Source: Octopus bimaculoides
Taxonomy: Eukaryota
NCBI RefSeq assembly: GCF_001194135.2
Contig: NC_068987.1
Coordinates: 61,795,072 to 61,836,119 of the forward strand
DNA length: 41,048 bases
Direction: 5' to 3'
A model generated the notes under the pieces. It worked only from the letters and a program-made list of their open reading frames with translations, was not told the DNA's origin and searched no databases. Position numbers and translations under genes: made by a program. Position 1 is the first letter of the stretch, and each line of letters begins with the position of its first letter. This document shows, in pieces, positions 1 to 10,849 of this stretch.

Positions 1-300
1 TAGCTCCTGCTAAAAGGGATTACCCTGCTATGTATAATCAGGGCAGCGCAAAAAGTTGTTTTGCACAAGCATTTCTATAGCCAATTACACGGATGAAATT
101 TACGTATGCTTAATAATTTTACGCAAAACAGCCTTCAGACTTTCCCTATTAATTTCATCGTCTTTTGAATTATGAACATATTTACATCATAAGGGTTTTT
201 TCGTTGTAAGGCTTTCTTTTTTAGTTGATTTTCAGCTAGCAAGACTTATTGTAGATGGCATAATAAGTCACACCCGGACAAGGTCGGGTTATACTGCTAG
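1..300 (+). mobile_element. Probable 3' end of a non-autonomous Helitron-like element (runs off the window start)
   Basis: GC-rich hairpin CCCGGACAAGGTCGGG (273-288), then 8 nt, then CTAG (297-300) followed by T. This is the canonical Helitron 3' signature. Confidence 0.5.
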
Positions 301-414
301 TATATATATAAATCAAAGAAAGGACTCTATACATGTTTTATACACACACATATATACTTTTAGTAGTGGAGGCTCTTTTGCTTTGTGAATTACAATATAA
401 CTTCATTGGTGTTA

Positions 415-700
415 GTAGCATGCAAAAGGCACTCACTACACTGTAAATTGGTTGGCGAATTAAGTAGAAACATTGCTGGGTTTGAGAGAACTCTAATCCT
501 TGTCAAGATCACAACAACCTATATAGAGCTGGTGCCAAGGAAAAAAAAGCATCCAGTACACTGTTGCTGGTGTTAGGAAGGCCATTTAACCATAGAAATC
601 AAGCTGAAAATGTGAAACTGGAGCAAAACTTGGTTCTCCAGGCCATCAAATTCCATCAAGCTGTTCAACCTAAACCAGCTTGAAAAGCAGGCATGGTAGT
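415..700 (+). mobile_element. Highly decayed RTE LINE 3' UTR relic
   Basis: AAAAGCATCCAGTACACTG...GGTGTTAGGAAGGCCATTTAACCATAGAAA resembles the 3' UTR of the RTE at 23342-23800. Confidence 0.45.
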
Positions 701-705
701 GGTTT

Positions 706-739
<34 letters not shown>

Positions 740-748
740 TGATGATGA
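706..748. repeat. (TAG)n/(GAT)n microsatellite
   Basis: Seen directly; explains the poly-Val ORF at 693-884. Confidence 0.9.
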
Positions 749-1682
749 TTATTATGACTGTGTCACCACTACCACCAATGATCTACTTTTGTTCTGGTCA
801 CTCATGGAGACACATCTCTTTTGCTGGTCAAACCTTGTAGCTGGTAAATGTATTCATGTCCTTATTTACTTAAGGGCTTTGTGAAAGCACTTACTGTTTG
901 TTTTCTTTTACTTCCTTTTGTGTTGTACTTGCTGCACTATCATTTTGTATTAGTGAATTTTTATTGTAATCAAATTAGTTTTTGTTTACATCATAGAGGA
1001 ATTGTGTTTAACTTCTTCATAAATACGCCTATATTTTCTCTTCCTCTTCCTAGTGGCTAGTGTCAACCATATATCCTTTCCTTGTCCCTGATTTTCCTCA
1101 GCCCTTCCCTCCCACTGTTTTTATGTCTTCCAGTTTTTATGTCTCATCTCTCTGCTATCAATTGTGGAACAAACATATTCATTGATTGTGGGTGTCCCTA
1201 AAATATGAAGTTTTGTTTCAGAGTTGAAACAATCATAATCTTTAGCAAGACTGCAGATGAAAACTGGATTATTTTTTTTACCATTTGTTTTGTCTGTCAT
1301 GTATTGCTGTTGAATATGTTCATTCCTCATATTTATGTATATACATTTGTAAGCATTTATGTCTGTAGTATCAATAATATTAATACGCCAACTGGTTGCT
1401 TTTGTACCTATGGACCTGTGGTGTGTGTCACACTTACTTCAAAGGAAGAAGTGAGTGGCAAAGCAGGAGAGAGGAGAACAGAGAGGAAGTGAGAGAGACA
1501 GTGAGTGGTGATGGCATTCATTTTGGGTTTTTAAATGTTTATCACATTATCACATTGCAAGGAAAGTAGATACATAGATTAAAAGAAAAATTGATACATA
1601 GAGACATTGACACATTGTTAAATCAATGACATATAACTACAGCAAATATTGGATGTCACTTTCACTTTTCATTACCACATCA

Positions 1683-1850
1683 GGATGAAGTTAACTCGCA
1701 AGCAGCTGAGTACTCCATATTCATGCATGCCATTAACGTAGTTCTCAAGGAGATTCAGCCTCACACAGAATATGATGAAGCTGGTCCCTTTGAATTAGAG
1801 CTACAACTCATTTTGGTCAGCTGAGTGGACTGGAGCAAGATAAACCTTCA
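1683..1850 (-). mobile_element. SINE family C, partial (central and 3' part)
   Basis: TTAACGTAGTTCTCAAGGAGATTCAGC...CCCTTTGAAT matches 18900-18980 and 22680-22760. Confidence 0.75.
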
Positions 1851-1974
1851 AGTGGTTGGAAGATGAAAAAAGATCCTATATAGGGGCAGGAAAATCTTTT
1901 TAGTTGTTAGGGTCACATATGTTAGGGCATTTGCAGGTCTCACAGATCTGGAGGTCAAGCCCCCAGATAAACAC

Positions 1975-2053
1975 CGATGCCCAGGCTGTTGTTATCAAAC
2001 TGAGCATGAGTTGTGGGTGAATTTAGAAGACAGAAACTGCATGGAAGCCTGAC

Positions 2054-2100
<47 letters not shown>

Positions 2101-2310
2101 TCTGTGTTTGTGTCACCCCCCCCCACACTTGATAACTGCTGTTGGTTTGTTGACATCCCCATAACCTATTATTTCAGCAAAATAGACTGATAAACTAAGT
2201 ACCTGACTTTAAAAGATAAGTACTGGAGTTGGTTGGTTTAGCTAAAGCCCTCCCAGGGCTGCCTAGGTGGTGCCATCCACTGACTGAGACAAGTAAAAGA
2301 CAAAAGATGA
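1975..2310 (+). mobile_element. SINE family A, decayed, with internal (TA)n tract
   Basis: Colinear with the 9521-9927 copy (GAAACTG..GAAGCC-(TA)n-GTGTTTG..CCCCC...GACTGAGACAAGTAAAAGA). Confidence 0.75.
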
Positions 2311-2404
2311 TAAAATATAAATTTTCTAAGTCCAAAAGAACCACCAGCTTTTCTATTAGCATTACTTTAGACAGAACATCTTTTTTTGTCATTTGCCATA
2401 GACA

Positions 2405-2438
2405 TGATGATGATGATGATGACGATGACGACGACGAT
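2405..2438. repeat. (GAT)n(GAC)n microsatellite
   Basis: Seen directly. Confidence 0.85.
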
Positions 2439-3189
2439 TCTTAGTGTAAGAACATCTCTCTCTGTGTTGCTTATTTTATATTTCATTTTGTTACTGTCCT
2501 TGTTTCTTTCATTTCTATATATTGTTTCTCATTCTTCTCATAACCTGTCCTTTCTACCGTTTGGTCTTGAGACCTTGGCTTTTGTTATTTTTAGTTGTTT
2601 TACTTTCACTGCTTGTGTTCATCTATCATGTCTGTTTATTTTTACACCAGCAGCTAATGTTGCTGACTCTATCAAATTGAACAATATTATTGGACAGTGT
2701 TGAAATTGCAATAATATTTGACTGATAACTGATGAAAGGTTGAGCATGTTTGCATCTGTTGTGTGTGTATTTTACTATTTTTGTGTATGTTCCATGGTCA
2801 TACACTTGTGCCACATTTTATGAGATATATAATTAGATATGTGTATACGTTCATATGTATGTGTGTATGTGTACACAAGTATGTTTATATATATCATTGT
2901 CTGTCTGTCTCTTTGTTGTTTTAGCTACCACTCAGTCATAATTCCACTGACTTAAAACCAAAGACATTCTAGCTCTCACATTTATCTTTCATTTAGACAT
3001 TGTGCATCTAGTACTACTTTGTCCAATGTGCTATTCCTTTATGAAGGTGTTGAGGTGCAATCTTAGAAAAATGTGCCTTTGACTTTTTCTATCCAAAAGG
3101 GATTTTCAACCCAATATTTATAGCTTTATGTGTTTTGAGTACCACTGTTCCAAGGAAAGAATTATTGTTGTTGTTATTTTTGCTATTAA

Positions 3190-3420
3190 GGTGATAAGCT
3201 GTCAGAATGATGAGTTTGCTGGGCAAAATGCTTTGTGGCATTTTGATCATTTTTATGTTCTAAGTTCAAATTTTACTGAGGTTGTCTTTGCTTTTATCCT
3301 TCGAGGGGTGATGAAATAAGTGCCAGCTGAGCATTAGGGTTGATGTAATCAACTAGTCATCTTCCACACCACCAAATTTCAAACCTGGTGCCTATAGTAG
3401 AAAGGATTATTGCTATTATT
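3190..3420 (+). mobile_element. SINE family B, decayed
   Basis: AAGCTGTCAGAAT...AAGTTCAAATTTTACTGAGG...CATCCTTCGAGGGG...(ATT)n tail; homologous to 25755-25981. Confidence 0.8.
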
Positions 3421-3432
3421 GTTAATACTGAC

Positions 3433-4022
3433 ACGGTGAACTGGTAGAATCATTAGCATACTGGACAAAATGCTTAGTGACAATTCTTCCAGGTTTACAT
3501 TCTAAGTTCAAATTTCACTAACTTCCACTTTGTTTTTCACCCTTTCTTCTTTGGTTGCACTGCTTTCTCAGATTCCCATGACTCACTGTCATCATCCAAG
3601 TCCATTATTATGAATTTGAATTAGGGGTTTGAGTCATAGTTCATCATTCATTAGCTGATTACACAACCATGGATGTGTGGTAGTTACTCTTTTGATAGAG
3701 CTTGGTGATCCTGACCATTGATCTTCTAGGATTCCTCTGCTCAGCATCAGTGTAAGAAGCACTGTTGACTCGGTTGAGCCCTTCCACCACCTCTTCACAA
3801 TCTGCCATGCTACAGTCCCATGACTTTGCCACATCCCTATGCAGAGCACAGTCTTCACTCATTGATGTATTTCCAAAATACCCTCATACCTGTAAATACC
3901 TTTCAGGACTGATAAAATAAGTATCAATCAAGCACTGGGGTTGATGTAATCAAGTAGCACCTCCCCCAAAATTTCAGGCCTTGTGCCCATTGCAGAAATA
4001 ATAATAATAATAATTATTATTA
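3433..4022 (+). mobile_element. SINE family B copy split by a 352-bp insertion
   Basis: 5' half at 3433-3546 and 3' half at 3899-4022 rejoin at CCTTTC, which is duplicated on both sides of the insert. Confidence 0.75.
3547..3898 (-). mobile_element. Probable 5'-truncated RTE-type LINE 3' end inserted into a SINE
   Basis: Flanked by CCTTTC duplication (3541-3546, 3899-3904). Minus strand ends GAGTCATGGGAATCTGAGAAAGCAGTGCAACCAAAGAAGAA, resembling an RTE terminus with a (GAA)n tail. Protein similarity is weak. Confidence 0.5.
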
Positions 4023-4024
4023 TT

Positions 4025-4245
4025 AAGGCAGCAAGCTGGCTGAATCATTAGTGCATCTGACAAAGATGTCTAGTGACATTTCTTCAGGATCGTTATGTTC
4101 TGTTCCAAATTCTGCTGAGGGCAACTTTGTCTCTCATCCTTTCAGGGGTCAGTAAAATAAAGTATGAGTCCAGTCCTGGGGATGATGCTATTGACTGAAC
4201 CCTTCTACCAAACTTCAGGCCTTGTGCTTACATTAATAACCATTA
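4025..4245 (+). mobile_element. SINE family B
   Basis: AGGCAGCAAGCTGGCTGAATCATTAG head; colinear with 25755-25981 through the body. Confidence 0.85.
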
Positions 4246-4249
4246 TTTA

Positions 4250-4467
4250 CCCTTTAGCATTTAAACTGGCTATATCTGGACCAAATATTCTACCTGCTTT
4301 ATGTTCAAACTAGCCAGATCTGGTTCCTTACATCTACTGTATGAAGTTATTCTAAAAATAATTAATCACATCATCTGTATTTTGAATCTATGAGACTGCA
4401 TGATTAATTCAAAACAATGCTAATAAATAAGCATTACATTTGACAGAGTAATCTGAATGCTAAAGGG
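4250..4467. mobile_element. piggyBac-type MITE
   Basis: TIR CCCTTTAGCATT / AATGCTAAAGGG, flanked by TTTA and TTAA; homologous to 10451-10670 in the opposite orientation. Confidence 0.8.
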
Positions 4468-4545
4468 TTAATATTGTTGTTGTTATTTAAATTAATTGAT
4501 ATATTTATTAAATCTATTTACGGTCAGGTTTACTTCCTAAATATT

Positions 4546-4581
<36 letters not shown>

Positions 4582-4592
4582 TACATACATAC

Positions 4593-4631
<39 letters not shown>

Positions 4632-4633
<2 letters not shown>

Positions 4634-4746
4634 AAATGCTTTCTCACTTCCCGAGTGTTAAATTAATACATCTGTTTGTTGTTTACACACCCATCTTCGT
4701 CTTTTGTTTTGTTTGTTTTTTTTGTAAATTTGTAAATTCCAACTAA
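4632..4746 (+). mobile_element. 3' part of hammerhead-bearing mini-element family P2
   Basis: GCTTTCTCACTTCCCGAGTGTTAAATTAATACATCTGTTTGTTGTTTACACACCC matches the reverse complement of 32608-32700; embedded in (TA)n/(TG)n. Confidence 0.75.
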
Positions 4747-5120
4747 ATATATACACACACACACACCATCAGGGTCAGGGTGTGTGTGTGTGTATATGTA
4801 TATATAAACATACATCTATATACCGAAATACATATATATCAGTACACTCTTACCATATTTATGCCTTTCATATCCTTAATTTTTCTATCCACTATACTAC
4901 TATCAACTTGAATGTCCAGGCTCTCTGTTGAGAACTCCTTTTGCTCATGCCTCATTGAATACCCAGTCATAATAGCACTTCTTTTCAGAGTAAGGGGGCT
5001 GTTATCATTCTATAAACACTTGTCTCCATCAACGATGACTTGATTTTCTCACAGATCAGAATATCTCACACTTTTAGGCTTCACAAGTATCCATTTCCAG
5101 TTTTTCAGCAGTCTTATAAA

Positions 5121-5567
5121 GCCTGAGAAGATCACAGATGGTATCTTCCTTGTAGATAAAACTACAGTAAAAAAAAAAAAAAAAAACTAGCTATAGTTGA
5201 CATGCTAAACGAAATAGTTTATGCTAATTTGAAAATCCTTTAGACCTTTGTTCAATTTGCTTCTCATTTCTTATTAGTACAATAACGTATATACTAAGAT
5301 CATTTCATTCAGTTACAAGTGCCCACCCCCACAATAGAACATTTTTTTTAATGAAGCCAATTCTCATCCTAACTGAAACAAAACATTATTTTTTTGCCAA
5401 GTGTGGTCTTGATAACTAGCCTACAGACATGTTTTAAATTCTTGCTTGAAATATCTTGTAGGGCCTGAGAAAGTCATAGGGATAGTATCTTCCTCATGGA
5501 TGAAACTACAGTAAAAAAAATATCAAGTTCAAACTAGTTGACAAGTTAAACTAAATAGTTTATGCTA
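5121..5567. repeat. Pair of ~105-bp diverged direct repeats (5121-5226 and 5463-5567)
   Basis: GCCTGAGAA...GTATCTTCCT...AAACTACAGTAAAAAAA...TAGTTGACA..TAAAC.AAATAGTTTATGCTA occurs twice. Confidence 0.8.
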
Positions 5568-5569
5568 TA

Positions 5570-6230
5570 GTGCTATAATTATTCCATACATTGTTCATTG
5601 TATGGCCCATTACTGCACCATACATACTGCCAGAATAGAACTATGCATGGTATCATAATGCCATAACAATACCTTACATAATAATAATAACATGTATTCT
5701 AATGTACAACAACGTACTGTATATTGTAACATATGTATATACAGAAGTCTGGTGCAGTCTTTTGCCTAGCCAGCTCCTGTGGAACCATCCAACCCATACC
5801 AGCATGGATGGCAGACATTTAACAATGATGATGATGTAGTGCCATTCATACACCATGCATAGAACCATATGTTGTTCCATTACATGGTAATATACATAAT
5901 AGTAATGTATTATATATAATAGTATGTGTTATATATGTTACCATGTATTATATATAATTCATGTTCAGTATTATCTGTAATAGTAAGGTACTATATATTA
6001 TAGCACCTTACTTGGTGTTATACCTAGTATCATACATTGTACCATTCATGGTATTATATGCTATACTATACATAATACCTAACTTGGTGGTATACATAGT
6101 ACCATACATGGTACCATAATATTATCATACATACTATCATACTTAGTGCTATACATAACAACATACATAGTGCCTTTATAGTGCCATCATACTGCTTTGC
6201 TGTCATAATGATACCACAATAGATGAAGTA
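5570..6230. repeat. Cryptic, degenerate ~11-12-bp minisatellite (CCATACATAGT-like)
   Basis: Recurrent CATACAT/GTACCAT/ATAGT motifs, e.g. GTACCATACAT GGTACCATAAT ATTATCATACAT ACTATCATACTT AGTGCTATACAT. Confidence 0.55.
5750..5835 (+). mobile_element. Short RTE 3' tail fragment
   Basis: GTCTGGTGCAGTC...CCATCCAACCCATACCAGCATGGATGGCAGACATTTAACAATGATGATGATG. Confidence 0.75.
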
Positions 6231-6433
6231 TGTAATTAATTGCAAACTCTGGAAATTTCGGTCAGTTGATCATATTGGTGTTATCTTTTATACTTGCTTC
6301 TTTTTATTTTAACACCTGTGGAGGGGGTTTCTGTTCAGTAATTGCTTGGATGATCTCAGTTGATCAAAGTTGTTTTTCAAGTCACTATATTATGCATAAG
6401 AGGCCCTTCTGTTTTTGTACTCACTTATATAAG

Positions 6434-6825
6434 CAGTAGTGGCTGTGTGGTAAGAAGTTTACCTCCTTACCACATAGTTTTGGGTTCAGGCCCAACATGT
6501 GGCACATTTGTCAAGTGTTTTCTATTATAGCCGCAGACTGACCAAAGCCATTGTGTATGTGTGTGTGTGTGTGCTACTGTTCTCTTGCCTTGACTTCATG
6601 TGATATTTCTAAACAAATGTCACCATCGTGAGAGCAGTGTCCTTCGTTTCCTTTCTTCTGTGAAAGCACATTTAGCCCTGGGGAAAACATTACCTTACTT
6701 GGAAACAGGTGATGGCTGGCAACAGAAAGGCATCTGGCTGTAGAAAATCTATCTCAACAAATTCCGTCCAACACATGCCAGCATAGAAAAGTGGATATAA
6801 AATTGATGAGATGAGTAAAAATCAA
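6434..6825 (+). mobile_element. Chimeric SINE: family A tRNA-like head, different body, RTE-derived tail
   Basis: Head GTGGCTGTGTGGTAAG...GGGTTCAGGCCC as in family A; ends AAGGCATCTGGCTGTAGAAAATCT...CATGCCAGCATAGAAAAGTGGA like the RTE 3' end. Confidence 0.7.
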
Positions 6826-7589
6826 TGAATATGCAGAATATTGTCTTGAAATATTTCCCTTCATCCATATTGTTGATTAACGAATGCAAAATTTTGTCTG
6901 CCTGGAACCCCTGTATCTCAGTCTACATTTGCTCTACATAGACTTATAGCTTTTTCGAATCAGGATGATCCTGAGATTGAAAATCTGCCCTTCATTTGGT
7001 TCCTGAACATCCAGCATTGGGATCTGATTAAAAAGCATTTGGGTTGCTATTTCTTGCAGGTATAGCTTGGCTGATTCACGCCATCTTGGTTGGCGTTTGC
7101 CAGATGACATCAGAGATCAAGGGAAAAATAAACGACATTCACTTCATTAATTTTACGTCGTGTTAAGAACTTTGGAACAAATTGGCCAACAGTTGGAATT
7201 CAATTTGGGACTGGAACAATAGAATGATTGCATTACAGAATTAATTCTCATCCATCAAACACCACCAGGGCATATAGTCATTATAGACATACAGTCATGT
7301 TATTTAGCTCTCTTTAGTTTTGAGCTGTAGATGTAATTAGCCCTCTGCAGGGGCTCGCCTAAGAGTCTGCATGGAGTGTGGCTTTTAAGCTAGTTGTTGA
7401 TATAATTAATTGTTCAGCGATGAAGAGTAGAATCTAAGCTGTTTGTAAGTGCATAACATGGCTTTCATTTGTGATTGTTGTTGGCTCATTTCTCTTAAGA
7501 AAGGCACCAATGCCACAACCTCACATTTATGCTTTTGCCAAAGACAATACAGATAAAACTACCCAACAATACATGACGCTTATTTATCT

Positions 7590-8112
7590 TTCATCTTTTA
7601 CTTTTTTCAGTCATCACTTTGAAGAGTTTTAGTCGAACAAATTAACTGCATTACTTATTATTTTAAAATCTTGTACTTAACTTTTCCAATCCGCTCTTTT
7701 ACTGAACTGTTGTTATGGAGAAGTAAACAAATGATGGTTGTCAAGTGGTGGTGGGGGGACAAAAAACAAACTTAGACGCACAGATATATAAATGTGCACA
7801 CACACACACATATATCTGTATCTATCTATCTATCTATCTATGTTTATAGAGAATCCTGGACAAGCTCAATTGTTTGTCTAACTCATGCCAGCATGGAAAG
7901 CAGACACTAAATGATGATGATGATGATGATCACACACACACACCCACACACAAATGACAGTCTTTTTTTACTTTGCATCCACCAAACCCACTCACAAGAT
8001 TTTGTTTTGGTCTGGGACTTTAATAGAAGACATTTGCCCAAGTTGCAATGCAGTGGAACTGAACCCAAGACCATATGACTGGGAAGTGAGCTTCTTAACC
8101 ACACAACCATTT
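7590..8112 (-). mobile_element. SINE family A, decayed, with central microsatellites and a short RTE tail inserted
   Basis: Head at 7945-8112 and 3' half at 7590-7790 match the reverse complement of 9521-9927; CATGCCAGCATGGAAAGCAGACACTAAA(TGA)n at about 7885-7930. Confidence 0.7.
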
Positions 8113-8499
8113 CTGTGTCTACTGTGAAAAAAAAAAACAACAAAAAAAACAACAGAAAAACAAAAGAAAAACAAATGCGACTGATTTGATCACAGTCACA
8201 TATGGTATATATTATATTGAATGATTAATTAGTAAGAAACCAGTTTCATCTGCTTTTATATCTTCTCTTATAGACTGTAAATGGAATGCTTAAAACAAAA
8301 TTCGCTTAACAGCAAAAATTGTTTTTAATTTCATATCAGCTTTTAGATAACAAATTGATTTCACAGGATCTGTTCTCATGATGTGCCACAGAAAGATGTC
8401 ATATGCTCACATGCATCTCTCAGTGCATGTGTGCAATATGTGCGTGAGTGGGTGTATATGTTTGCATGCATGAATGTACTTAAAGTAATCTAATGTTCC

Positions 8500-8730
8500 T
8501 GACAGCATGTCAAGGCTGTTGTTATCTTCCAATAACAAAAATAGATTGTTCAACAAATGTGGTTCTTGAGTTTTGTAGAAGGTCAGCAATTGATCAGAAC
8601 TGAAGTATTTTCTGGATCTGAAGAGGATTGATGGTCCTTTGGGTGCAGATTTTGCTATGCTATGTATGTTGGTTGGGGTGAGGGGTTGCCAGAAAAGATC
8701 ATTGTTGATTATGAAACCAAGCATTTGCAG
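8500..8730 (-). pseudogene. CR1/L2-type LINE reverse-transcriptase C-terminal relic
   Basis: LGFIINNDLFWQP..IHSIAKSA...ILFRSRKYFSSDQLLTFYKTQ matches the LG.TI..DLSW..HI....K.A...LGILFR.RKYF...QLL.LYK motif of these LINEs. Confidence 0.65.
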
Positions 8731-9352
8731 TAACTTGGAGGGGTTTTCAAAAGCAGATAAGATACAAGATTGATTCTTTGATATCTAAAGTGACTGTTAT
8801 GTTTTTCAAAAAGGCTGGATTGTCATGATTCCATTGGAAAATTATTAAGATCTATATATTGACAATGAATTAAATATTATTGTTTCTAGTAAACCTATTG
8901 TACACACCATAATGTCAATGTTGATAACATCTTTTTTTTAAGGAAAACAGATATGTTCGTGTGTGTGTGTGTGTGTGTGTGTGTGTACATGTGTGTGTGT
9001 GTGTTTCCTGCTCTGGCTTTTGCAGTTAATGTCTGACAGATGAACATTATACAGATATTGTTTGAAGTAGATTGTAAATTTTTCCATCCCAGTATTTCAG
9101 ATGACCACGTGAGAAAGCTTTTGTTATTTACTTGCTCAGCCTTCTTACAACAAAAATTGTTTCTCTCTCGAGAAACTTCTAAAATACTCTAAAAGGATAA
9201 TTGCTCTTTCAAGTCCTCAATCCTTTAATAAGTTCCTCACAATAAAGGAAATAATGCCAAGGTTAAACACATCTGTCAAATACATGACTGGACTGGCTGC
9301 TTTTGATTTATAATTCTATTCAAGCATTGTAGACTGGTCTCTTTGCAATTAT

Positions 9353-9500
9353 ATGTCCCCGTAACTTAGCAGTTTAGCAAAACAGACTGATAGAATAAGT
9401 ACTAGGCTTACAAAGCATAAGTCCTAGGATTGATTCGTTCAGCTGGGAGGCGGTGCTCCAGCATGGCCACCATCAAATGACTGAAACCGGGAAAAGGAAA
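9353..9500 (+). mobile_element. SINE family A, 3' half
   Basis: GTCCCCGTAACTTAGC...GATAGAATAAGTACTAGGCTTACAAAG...GCTCCAGCATGGCC. Confidence 0.85.
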
Positions 9501-9520
9501 TAATGTATACACACATTATA

Positions 9521-9927
9521 AGCGTAGGAGTGACTGTGTGGTAAGTAGCTTGCTTACCAACCACATGGTCCCGGGTTCAGTCCCACTGCGTGGCATCTTG
9601 GGCAAGTGTCTTCTACTATAGCCTCGGGCCGACCAAAGCCTTGTGAGTGGATTTGGTAGACGGAAACTGAAAGAAGCCTGTCGAAAATATGTATATATAT
9701 ATGTATGTGTGTATGTGTTTGTATGTCTGTGTTTGTCCCCCCAACATTGCTTGACAACCGATGCTGGTGTGTTTACGTCCCCGTAACTTAGCGGTTTGGC
9801 AAAAGAGACTGATAGAATAAGTACTAGGCTTCCAAAGAATAAGTCCTGGAGTCGATTTGCTCGACTAAAGGTGGTGCTCCAGCATGGCCACAGTCAAAAG
9901 ACTGAAACAAGTAAAAGAGTAAAAGAG
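9521..9927 (+). mobile_element. SINE family A, full length and young
   Basis: tRNA-like head with A-box-like TGACTGTGTGGT and B-box-like GGGTTCAGTCCC, central (TA)/(TG) tract, (TAAAAGAG)n tail; near-identical to 17034-17435. Confidence 0.92.
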
Positions 9928-9961
9928 TACACACACACACACAAACATATATAAAGATAAA

Positions 9962-10202
9962 GACCTCCACTTCCTTCTCTGGTCATGAATGACCATGGGG
10001 TTGCACCCAGAAAGTTCCCTTCCAATGTACAAGTCTGGGCAAGGTTGTTTTGTGGAAGACCAGCAGTCACCCATGAATAATTGTCTCCCCTTTCCATGCC
10101 ACTGATGCTTGTGACATCACAACTCATTTCTACAGCTGACTAAATAGGAGCAACATGAAATAAAGTGTTTTGCTCATGAACATGACACACAATCTGGTCT
10201 GT
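9962..10202 (-). mobile_element. SINE family D (head shared with 22527-22850)
   Basis: Minus strand GAGCAAAACACTTTATTTCATGTTGCTCC...CAGCTGTAGAAATGAGTTG matches the head of the 22527 copy, then diverges. Confidence 0.7.
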
Positions 10203-10450
10203 AAATAGCAAAAGAGAACAAGTGAACTATATTTTACAGCATGAAGCATTTGAAGCATTGAGGTTGTTTTTATGTACTAGTTCCAATTTCTAAAGGATTT
10301 TGCTGATTCATTATTAACTACAAATATTAATATTTAACAATACACATCAATATGGGAGACTCTATATTGTCACTCAATCTGTGAAGTTAAACAACCAAAT
10401 CTACTTCAACAAACTTCCTACCTTATTTAAAATTTCTAGCACAAATTTAA

Positions 10451-10670
10451 CCCTTTAGCATTCAGATTACTCTGTCAAACGCAATGCTTATTTATTCACA
10501 TTGTTTTGAATTGATCCTGCATTATCTCATAGCTTTGAAATTTTGATGAAATGATTGTGTATTTTTAGAATGGCATTGTAGGTTAGGTGTGAGAGGCTGG
10601 ATCTGGCTGGTTTGAACATGAAGCAGGTAGAATATTGGAGCTGGATATGGCCTGTTTAAATATTAAAGGG
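10451..10670. mobile_element. piggyBac-type MITE
   Basis: TTAA|CCCTTTAGCATT ... AATATTAAAGGG|TTAA; TTAA on both sides. Confidence 0.85.
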
Positions 10671-10849
10671 TTAAAGTCCTAATTTTAATTTTTGATTAGA
10701 ACACTAACCGAAGGCTGAATTGTAGTTGACCTAGTTACTTTTAGAGACATTTTAGCTAGCTACTTCTAAGTTTTTTCTCTGCAGAACCATGATATAGAAG
10801 TAGCTTGTTAAAATCATGATGCCACCGCCAACAAAAGCAAGTTTATTAT

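Noticed and set aside
1205-1492. 95-aa ORF after a TTTCAG acceptor
   Set aside because: Low-complexity hydrophobic translation from T-rich DNA with no motif.
2386-2703. 105-aa transmembrane-looking ORF
   Set aside because: Starts in a (GAT)n tract and reflects pyrimidine-rich composition.
5085-5165. Minus-strand FIYKEDTICDLLRLYKTAEKLEMD, faintly like a BTB domain, after a poly-T acceptor
   Set aside because: The frame is not preserved in the duplicate at 5463-5567 and ends in a stop without a donor.
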